From NCBI GenBank assembly GCA_963731735.1, contig CAVSWO010000002.1:334106-398105 (forward strand): 64,000 nucleotides of DNA, given 5' to 3'. Every line of letters starts with the position of its first letter. The stretch's first letter is position 1. Under the pieces are notes generated by a model, which did no database searches, was not told the DNA's origin, and was given only the letters and a program-made list of their open reading frames with translations. Positions 20,172 to 27,335 of the stretch are shown here, one piece after another. Origin of the DNA: Candidatus Kerfeldbacteria bacterium (lineage in GTDB: Bacteria; Patescibacteriota; Patescibacteriia; SBBC01; CAIJZX01). Both the position numbers and the translations under genes were made by a program.

Positions 20172-21024
20172 ACATTGAGAAGAAAATAGCGATACAGACG
20201 CCCTGATATACCCGCACAGATTTCTGGGTTAGATTTCGTATGTAGCGACTCGCAGAATAACTATAGGCTGCAAAAAGTATACACCAAAGCAGTGCTGGCA
20301 CCCACTGCTGGAGGATTACGAGACCTAATGTAATCATTGTTACCAGAATAACGCCACCACCGATAACTGCCCACACCGGCCCGAGTTGGGCCGAATAGGT
20401 ATCACGACTTATGTTTTCGTTTGCTGGAATACGTATCTTTCGTATCCATTCTAAAAATACCATGCTGGCATATGCAAACACCAAAAATATGATACTGGGT
20501 GAATGCAATCCCATTGTGCCGAGCGCAATAATCATAATTACCCACAAGCCCAAAAACGATTGGATTGTCATGACTGCATTATAAAGAAAGAAGCGTGATC
20601 GTAGCTGATCCCCCAACAAAAAATCTTGACCGGCAATGGCAGTAAGGAGTAGTACAGCTGCCATGTGTGGGAGAAAACTCAAATTAATAAACGCAACAAT
20701 ACATAGTTCAAGCATCATGAGGACGAACGCAATTATTCGTAGCTCACGTGCCTGAACTAAGCCCCGCGGTAATGGTCGCTGTTTATAGTAGAGACGGTCA
20801 TGGTTTTCATCGCGGATCTCGTCAAACAGACGAATATGGCCGAGATAGAACACCCCGAGAACAACTAATCCAACGCGGGGCAGAATATCGAACCCCAGCA
20901 TCCATTGATCTGCGTTGATGTGATGCAAAGTCTCGGTATACGCTGCGGTGGTCAACAATAAGAAACCTATCGGGAACCGCTCCGATTGAAACCGCCAGAT
21001 CTTCCGGATAAATGAACTATCCAT
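20146..21024 (-). CDS. UbiA-family prenyltransferase
   Basis: DEIRDENHD...RPLPRG (NDxxDxxxD ... RPLxxG) and 8-9 TM helices. Confidence 0.6.
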   Translation of the reverse strand: MDSSFIRKIWRFQSERFPIGFLLLTTAAYTETLHHINADQWMLGFDILPRVGLVVLGVFYLGHIRLFDEIRDENHDRLYYKQRPLPRGLVQARELRIIAFVLMMLELCIVAFINLSFLPHMAAVLLLTAIAGQDFLLGDQLRSRFFLYNAVMTIQSFLGLWVIMIIALGTMGLHSPSIIFLVFAYASMVFLEWIRKIRIPANENISRDTYSAQLGPVWAVIGGGVILVTMITLGLVILQQWVPALLWCILFAAYSYSASRYIRNLTQKSVRVYQGVCIAIFFSMYGVLWFYG

Positions 21025-21027
21025 GAT

Positions 21028-22098
21028 TTATCCTATACGCTCAAGAATAAAGAAGTTGCCATACATAAACCCATTGTCTTGATTCCAGAGCTTTGATGAT
21101 TCGTCCTGTAAAATGCGGAATCCGAACTTCGGAAGATCCACAATTGGTGGGTTAGCCAGATTTATCCAAAAACAGACGCGTCCACCAAGAGATACATGTT
21201 TACCAAGAACTGCAAAAAAATCCCGAAACTGACGATCGGAAAATCCTTCAAAAATGTCAGATAGATGAACTTTAGTGAAGGTCCCAAGAGGTGGAAGTGC
21301 TTGTACAACATCTTGTGTAATGAGTTGCCCATCATGACGAAGCCGCTGCCAAAAGTGCCATGCATCATGACGAAAGTATGGTGGGATGGTCTGTTGATAA
21401 CGACCCGTCAATATATACTCGATTAACCAGTTTGAGTGCACGGGAATTTCAGTTAGCCCACGAAATGCTCGTTGCGCATAAATTGACCCCGACGAATCAT
21501 GCGCGTATTTACGGAAAGCGTAATCACGCCCGAATTGATGTAATAATTGTTTTCCATAAAAAAATTTTAATCCTAATCGCCAACGCCACGTATTCCACAC
21601 TCGGCGATAGAGCGCAGACTGTTCTTCCAGTGATTGAGCTTGGAGAATTTGGTGTATGTTTTTTCGCGAGACCAAAAGCGGTAGAATGTATCTAGAAAAA
21701 AATTGAAAATATCTTTCAAGGCGCCCGGTATGGATAATTCCTTGAGCAATATCTTTCAACCGTGTATTCCAAAATTGTCTATCGTTTGGATCTACGATAG
21801 GTAATACGTGGTGCTGATATACGTTAGCGCGACTGCGTGAGTCATGAATGCCAATAAAAGCAAGAAACTCTTTATATGACAGCGCTTCTGCTGCGGCGGC
21901 GATAAGTTTTACTAGCCGAGTCTGATCGGGATTTCGATCAATGGAAACGAGTTGGTGTGGATGATCAGACAACACAGCGACGGGCGCCCCGCCAGCGGCA
22001 GTCACTGTCAAAACACGATCATCGGGCTGTACTACAAGCGCGCGTCGAAGGATGTCGGTATCCTCCCAGGTTTGTGTATATGGTATGCGATTTTTCAC
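21028..22098 (-). CDS. DUF3419 / BtaA-like (SAM:diacylglycerol 3-amino-3-carboxypropyl transferase-like) protein
   Basis: N-terminal YTQTWEDTDIL motif; from memory. Confidence 0.45.
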   Translation of the reverse strand: MKNRIPYTQTWEDTDILRRALVVQPDDRVLTVTAAGGAPVAVLSDHPHQLVSIDRNPDQTRLVKLIAAAAEALSYKEFLAFIGIHDSRSRANVYQHHVLPIVDPNDRQFWNTRLKDIAQGIIHTGRLERYFQFFSRYILPLLVSRKNIHQILQAQSLEEQSALYRRVWNTWRWRLGLKFFYGKQLLHQFGRDYAFRKYAHDSSGSIYAQRAFRGLTEIPVHSNWLIEYILTGRYQQTIPPYFRHDAWHFWQRLRHDGQLITQDVVQALPPLGTFTKVHLSDIFEGFSDRQFRDFFAVLGKHVSLGGRVCFWINLANPPIVDLPKFGFRILQDESSKLWNQDNGFMYGNFFILERIG

Positions 22099-22111
22099 AA
22101 TATCCGGTGTG

Positions 22112-23254
22112 CTACCCGGCCGGCTGTCGTAAGAGCACCCGGAACAAATTCATGGAGCCATATTCAAATCCTACCCTTGCGCCATGCATCCAAAGATACC
22201 ATAAACGATAGAAGGGCCGACCAAACGCGCGTTCAATCTCTTCCTGATGACTTTCGAGATTATGAATCCACGCATTCATGGTATAGACATAATCCAATGT
22301 ATCATCTCGGAACTCTTCAATCCGGAACCCGGCCTCTGTGGCGGCCGCCATGATTTCATCGCGGCTGGGAAGATAGCCCCCGGGAAATACGTATTTCTGT
22401 GTCCAACGGTCAAGTGGTCGCGGTTGGTATCGGCCGGTCGATTGCACGACTAGGGGTGCCCCGGGTTTTAGGCGTTTACCAACCTTTTGAAAATATTTCT
22501 GGAGATGTTTTCTCCCCACATGCTCAAGTGATTCCAACATCATAATCCCGTCATACTTTTCGTTGGGCATATTGGAGATCATGTCTCGATTCTGTACCGA
22601 GACGTGCTTAGCTAAATCGTGTTTACGAATCTGTTCACGACTATAGGCGACCTGTTCAGAGCTCCGGGTAATACTCAAAATGTTCCAACCATAGTTCTCT
22701 GCTGCAAACAGCGCAAAATTTCCCCAGCCACTTCCGAGGTCTAATATTAACGCATCCTTGGGAAGTGCTAGCCAAGTACTCAGGAACCGGAGTTTATTCT
22801 CCTGAGCCTCAATAAGGGAATCTGTCTGGGTGGCATATTTCCCTCCGGAATATGACATGGAATCCTTACCTAGCAACAACTCAAAGAATGTATTTCCAAT
22901 ATCGTAATGAAATGAAATTTGACGCTGGCGAGACTGTGGTTGGCTGAGAGACGCAAGAAAGGCTTGCATTTTATTCCTCCGTGATGGATGGTTGCCTTTA
23001 AATGTGTGGCGAAGTCGTAAATATGCATCGATATCTCCATCGATGTTTACCGCCCCCTCCATGTATGACTCGCCAAAGCCGAGCGATCCCTGAGTTATTA
23101 TTCGCTGTACTGTTTCTGAATTCTTGATGGATATTGAAAATGCCGTGGGCCCTGCTTGACCAAACCGCATTTCTTTTCCGTCCCAATATTTTATAAGAAA
23201 CCCAGGACCTTCGTAAGTTTGGAAGTAGTCTTCAAGTACCTGACGATTATCCAT
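22112..23254 (-). CDS. cyclopropane-fatty-acyl-phospholipid synthase family SAM-dependent methyltransferase
   Basis: LILDLGSGWGNFALFAAENYG (SAM motif I) and CMAS-type flanking regions. Confidence 0.8.
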   Translation of the reverse strand: MDNRQVLEDYFQTYEGPGFLIKYWDGKEMRFGQAGPTAFSISIKNSETVQRIITQGSLGFGESYMEGAVNIDGDIDAYLRLRHTFKGNHPSRRNKMQAFLASLSQPQSRQRQISFHYDIGNTFFELLLGKDSMSYSGGKYATQTDSLIEAQENKLRFLSTWLALPKDALILDLGSGWGNFALFAAENYGWNILSITRSSEQVAYSREQIRKHDLAKHVSVQNRDMISNMPNEKYDGIMMLESLEHVGRKHLQKYFQKVGKRLKPGAPLVVQSTGRYQPRPLDRWTQKYVFPGGYLPSRDEIMAAATEAGFRIEEFRDDTLDYVYTMNAWIHNLESHQEEIERAFGRPFYRLWYLWMHGARVGFEYGSMNLFRVLLRQPAG

Positions 23255-23973
23255 ATACTAAATCTAGCGGTTTCGATTCCAAAAACATTCTCTCGTCGGA
23301 CACTATGCCGCGAGCGTTTTTTTCTGGATCGAAATACTCCTATGACGGTGAGTAAGAGAATAAACTGAGCGATTGCCATTCCCCAGCCAACCAGATACAT
23401 TAGCGTATCTTGTACATCCATGACACCAACAAGCAATAACACGCCTCCAATAAAAAGCGATACGAGAGCGATTGAGAATGTTTGTGCACTAGTTTTATCG
23501 CTTTCCCGGATATCTTCACTGGTAAGCTGTACTGCGTGGAGCACAACGGCAGCCATCAACACGATATACATGAAGCTTACGATATCGCTGGGTTGAAAGT
23601 AAAAGAGACCATCTGTCGAAAACCCTGGATTTGATGGCAAAGCTAGGCGAACAAACCAAAGTACCACCGCATACACCGCCACGGATGCGGTGAGGAGCTG
23701 TTGGGTATTTCGTTGGAGTTTGCTGACTGCCGCGCGCGTAAAAAAGAGTAGCGCGCCAATGTAAACTGCTGCTCCCGCGCTAATCCAAAAATTCAATGAG
23801 TCTCCTGCGGGTTTTGCGATAACGGCTGCTGACCAAACCCCGAAAGCTATGCCGGTCAAAAACAGCCCCCAGCCCATTGCCTTGGTTGTTACAGTTCGAT
23901 GCAGGCGGGGCAACAACAATCCAGCCAGGATTGTAGAAACCGTACTGAAGATGAAAAAGATGATTATTAACAT
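23191..23973 (-). CDS. polytopic membrane protein, hypothetical
   Basis: ~7 TM helices; 3' end overlaps the annotated start of the CFA-synthase ORF (true start of that gene probably internal). Confidence 0.4.
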   Translation of the reverse strand: MLIIIFFIFSTVSTILAGLLLPRLHRTVTTKAMGWGLFLTGIAFGVWSAAVIAKPAGDSLNFWISAGAAVYIGALLFFTRAAVSKLQRNTQQLLTASVAVYAVVLWFVRLALPSNPGFSTDGLFYFQPSDIVSFMYIVLMAAVVLHAVQLTSEDIRESDKTSAQTFSIALVSLFIGGVLLLVGVMDVQDTLMYLVGWGMAIAQFILLLTVIGVFRSRKKRSRHSVRRENVFGIETARFSIWIIVRYLKTTSKLTKVLGFL

Positions 23974-24117
23974 ACAGTTAAGTATTGAAATAAGTGCTTG
24001 AATTATAGCTCAATTCCCATGTAAAGTAAACGAACTTCTTAAGTGATAGTGCCCAGATTGAGTTCCAAAAGGAAGAGCGTGATTGGAGGCTTCTAATAGG
24101 CTCTCTTCTAATCAGTT

Positions 24118-24882
24118 CTACCTTTTAGGTATCGCGGTAACTGGCCTCGCCTGGAGTATTACAATTTGATTTTCCCTTGTGCATGCCCATTCAATATCCA
24201 GGGATTTCCCATAAATATTCTCAATAGTTATGGCCCTTCGTCCAACCTTATTAAGAATTGGCAACACCGTTTCCAAAATAATGGATGAGAATTCTCCGTG
24301 CGACAAGACCTCACAAACACCAGAGTTTTTATTTATTGAAACGGTTAGGGGTGATACCTGTCCACTAACGATTTTATCGCCTAATCCGGGGCTAACCTCG
24401 ATCACAAGTTTTGACACGTCGTTCGTTCGTGGGTCGACCGTAAAACAAATTCCCGAGTATTTTGCATCGATCATTTCTTGCACGATAACCGCCATCCTCA
24501 TGTTTCCTTGTAGGCCAAGGTGTTTACGATATTCTTTAATTCGATGGCTGAAACGAGATTGTGCACACCTTCGAATAAAAGAAAGGGCGTCTTTCATTTT
24601 TACATTAAGGAAGGAGTCAAACATGCCAGCATAGCTCACGCTTTGGCCATCCTCCGAGACGCCTGAACTTCGAACTGCAAACAAGCTATAGGGCTGTAAT
24701 TTCTTCTTTTCTTTCTCCGTCAATATCGTAGAATCACTGATTATATCAATTGTCTCAACGTCTACAACAAAAGTTTTTGGGATCTTTTGACCACCTTGGG
24801 CTAAACGCTGAAGATTAAAAGCTTTGCCACCAATCTGGGAGACAGTGAACTTTGTTTGAGCGGTGATTTCTTTAAGAATCAA
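24118..24882 (-). CDS. PEP synthase/PPDK N-terminal ATP-grasp (PPDK_N) domain protein, stand-alone
   Basis: GGKAFNLQRL...VRSSGVSEDGQSVSYAGMFDSFLNV. Confidence 0.65.
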   Translation of the reverse strand: MILKEITAQTKFTVSQIGGKAFNLQRLAQGGQKIPKTFVVDVETIDIISDSTILTEKEKKKLQPYSLFAVRSSGVSEDGQSVSYAGMFDSFLNVKMKDALSFIRRCAQSRFSHRIKEYRKHLGLQGNMRMAVIVQEMIDAKYSGICFTVDPRTNDVSKLVIEVSPGLGDKIVSGQVSPLTVSINKNSGVCEVLSHGEFSSIILETVLPILNKVGRRAITIENIYGKSLDIEWACTRENQIVILQARPVTAIPKR

Positions 24883-24973
24883 GGTCTCGAAAGGTTGTAA
24901 GCAAAAATAATTTTATCGTTTCAAGCGGCATCTTTATATAGTTTCATACTACCACAAAACGCCAGCATATTTC

Positions 24974-25048
24974 TGGTAGCCCCACGGGGAATCGAACCCC
25001 GATTACCGGCTTGAAAAGCCGATGTCCTAACCGTTAGACGATGGGGCC
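24974..25048 (-). tRNA. tRNA-Glu (anticodon TTC)
   Basis: GGCCCCATCGTCTAACGGTTAGGACATCGGCTTTTCAAGCCGGTAATCGGGGTTCGATTCCCCGTGGGGCTACCA; G1-U72 wobble. Confidence 0.9.
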
Positions 25049-25284
25049 ACGAATTGCTTCAACTCTTTCCGTAGCCGGCCTGATTTCTTGATTTGTAACT
25101 CTCGTCTTCGAGCTTCCCTTTTTGTAGAGAATTCCTCAACCCTTACTACTCTATATGGGCGATATGCCCTTGTCGAGCGCACGTCTCCACGATTATGCTC
25201 GTGGATGCGCTTGCGGGCATCTTTAGAAGATCCTATATAGAGACGGCCGGTCCGAAGGCTTTGTATAATGTAGACTTGGTGCAT
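25027..25284 (-). CDS. small GIY-YIG nuclease-domain protein
   Basis: VYIIQSLRTGRLYIGSSKDARKRIHEHNRG; last ~7 codons overlap the 5' end of tRNA-Glu. Confidence 0.65.
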   Translation of the reverse strand: MHQVYIIQSLRTGRLYIGSSKDARKRIHEHNRGDVRSTRAYRPYRVVRVEEFSTKREARRRELQIKKSGRLRKELKQFVAPSSNG

Positions 25285-25414
25285 AGCAATACATGCCAAG
25301 CCTGCATCCTGAACCGTTTCCGGCGGAGCCGGATCCGGCCTTTAGGCCGGAAGACGATGGGGTCAGGAGCGGGGAGAATATACGCGAAATATGCTGTGAT
25401 GTCAATCCGATTTG

Positions 25415-25451
25415 CATAAAGAGAAAGCCCCGCCAGTGTACGCGCGGGGCT
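25415..25451 (-). terminator. rho-independent terminator immediately after the TAA (25459) of the extended reading frame
   Basis: 8-bp GC stem AGCCCCGC/GCGGGGCT followed by UUCUCUUU on minus strand. Confidence 0.5.
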
Positions 25452-25458
25452 GTTGTGA

Positions 25459-25977
25459 TTACCGGTAGAGCGTCTTGATCCGGCCCCAGGATTGCTGGGT
25501 AGTCGGCGTGGCGCCAAGGACGTTCAGCGTCGCGAATCCCCAGGTTGCAGGGATGGAATGGTTCTCCGAGTCGCGGAGTAATCCATACGACCAACGAAAT
25601 TCGCAGGTGCCTGGACCGACGCCCACGAAGTGGAAGACGGCCAGCTGGCCGGGACCGGTGCCACGGCAGCCGAGTCATGCGGCATCGACTTTCAGGCTGT
25701 CGCCGGTCGGCGGAAACATCCAGAAGAAATGGTCGCAGAGCGCTTCGCTCAGTAGGGTGCCGGGTTCGGCGTTGCCCGGCTGAACGATCGTCGGATCGTA
25801 GTTGAAAACCAGGCTGTAGGCGAGCAGGTCATTGACCGGCCCGATTTCGAGCGACAGCGTGATCGGATCCCCTATGCCGACCGTCACGACCTCGGGATTG
25901 AAGGACAGTTCAGCTGCCGAAGCCACCGTGGCAGTCAGCAAGCCAGACAGACATAGCATCAAAAACAGTCGTTTCAT
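25459..25977 (-). CDS. secreted Gly-rich protein interrupted by an in-frame TGA at 25675-25677 (ORF-track part = 25675..25977); readthrough, recoding or pseudogene
   Basis: SD AGGAGG + ATG 25977; signal peptide MKRLFLMLCLSGLLTATVASA; 72 further protein-like codons after the TGA ending ...TPTTQQSWGRIKTLYR* at TAA 25459, then terminator. Confidence 0.45.
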
Positions 25978-26090
25978 TATCCCCTCCTGGTTACATGTCA
26001 TGTACGGTTCCGCGTGATGCGGCAAAGAGCTGCCCGAATATAGGTGAAAAGCCTGTTTTTGTCAATACCTATGGTACACTACGTAATCAT

Positions 26091-27119
26091 ATGAGAATTT
26101 TAGGAATTGAAACTTCCTGCGACGATACAGCGGTTGGCATCGTACACTACCAACGCCGCCGATTTACCATTGAGGCCCAAGTTACCGCCTCCCAAGCGCT
26201 GGTGCATAAAAAATACGGCGGGGTCGTCCCGGAAGTTGCGGCTCGAGAACATGCTGTTACAATTATTCCGACCCTCAAAGCAGCGCTCAAAAAAGCTGCG
26301 GCGTCTTGGGTCGATATTGATGCAATTGCGGTGACTGGTGGGCCGGGACTGAATACGGCGCTGTTGGTTGGGGTCGAGACTGCCCGCACCTTAAGTTATA
26401 GTCTCAAGAAACCACTGATTCGTGTCAATCACATCGAGGGACATATCGCCGCCAACTGGGTAACCAAAGAATCAATCACCTTTCCCGCCATCGCCCTCGT
26501 AGTTTCGGGGGGTCACACCGAGTTACTGCATATCAAACACATCGGCCGGTATTCATTGATTGGCCGTACGCTTGACGATGCGGTGGGTGAGGCCTTTGAT
26601 AAGGTCGCCAAAATGCTCCGTCTTCCGTATCCGGGCGGACCGTCAATTGCAAAAGTCGCGCTCACTGGAAACAAACGGGCCTTTAGATTTCCGGTTTCGC
26701 TCATGCAAAAGGGGAATTTGGATTTTAGTTACGCCGGGTTAAAAACGGCGGTGCTCTACGAATTGCGGGCGCATAAAAAATTGGACACGAAACTCCGGTG
26801 TGATGTCGCGGCCAGCTTTCAGCAGGCAGCCATCGCACAGTTGGTAAAGAAAACCGAGCGCGCGCTCGAAAAGACAGGCGCCAGGTCGTTATTATTAGCC
26901 GGTGGCGTTGCGGCAAATACGGTCCTACGGAATGAGCTCAAAATTGTAATGCAAAAAAAGTTCCCAACCACCAAATACTTCCAGCCACCAATCGCGTTGT
27001 GTATGGATAATGGGGTGATGATTGCCATGGCTGCTGCGCTCCGTCTGGATAAACAAAAGAAGTTGGCGTTCACCCCTTGGAAATTGCTTCGTGCCGATCC
27101 GAACTGGGAGCTGGTTTAA
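26091..27119 (+). CDS. tsaD: tRNA N6-adenosine threonylcarbamoyltransferase
   Basis: MRILGIETSCDDTAVGIV...; Kae1/Gcp family conserved throughout. Confidence 0.95.
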   Translation: MRILGIETSCDDTAVGIVHYQRRRFTIEAQVTASQALVHKKYGGVVPEVAAREHAVTIIPTLKAALKKAAASWVDIDAIAVTGGPGLNTALLVGVETARTLSYSLKKPLIRVNHIEGHIAANWVTKESITFPAIALVVSGGHTELLHIKHIGRYSLIGRTLDDAVGEAFDKVAKMLRLPYPGGPSIAKVALTGNKRAFRFPVSLMQKGNLDFSYAGLKTAVLYELRAHKKLDTKLRCDVAASFQQAAIAQLVKKTERALEKTGARSLLLAGGVAANTVLRNELKIVMQKKFPTTKYFQPPIALCMDNGVMIAMAAALRLDKQKKLAFTPWKLLRADPNWELV

Positions 27120-27335
27120 CCCCGTTCGAGGTGGTCCGGTTGACTTATTAACCAATTTTGCTAGGCTATCCGTGTGAGCAGTGAGTCCGGAGTCATGTCG
27201 CCGGATGAGCTCGGGCAGAACCCCGCTAGGCAGGCGGATAGTAGAGCCCTCGAACAAGTGTCCGCCGATGCCTCGGTGACGGCGGAAAATCAGGTGGTAC
27301 CACCCGGCAGGGTCCTGAAGCATCAGTGATCCTAT

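Larger units (their letters stand above)
16783..24973 (-). mobile_element. tRNA-Glu-associated genomic island (~8.2 kb) without recognisable integrase; cargo = lipid-modification genes
   Basis: Intact tRNA-Glu at one end, 20-bp partial tRNA repeat at the other; 8 co-oriented genes in between. Confidence 0.4.

Noticed and set aside
16783-24973. Integrase or recombinase gene within or next to the tRNA-Glu island
   Set aside because: None of the island ORFs shows tyrosine-recombinase (R..H..R..Y) or serine-recombinase motifs. The adjacent GIY-YIG protein is not an integrase.
25675-25677. Genome-wide UGA recoding (code 25, as in Gracilibacteria/SR1) as the explanation for the in-frame TGA
   Set aside because: TGA is a functional stop for the GT2 gene (7774-7776). 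The very long ORFs (valS 841 aa, PBP1 967 aa, DUF2079 protein) are uninterrupted under the standard code, which would be implausible if TGA were a frequent sense codon.
25223-25805. ORFs 25223..25678 (-), 25233..25517 (-), 25475..25783 (+) and 25545..25805 (+) in the GC-rich region
   Set aside because: Arg/Pro-rich translations typical of out-of-frame GC-rich DNA. The region is better explained by the extended secreted-protein frame plus its terminator.
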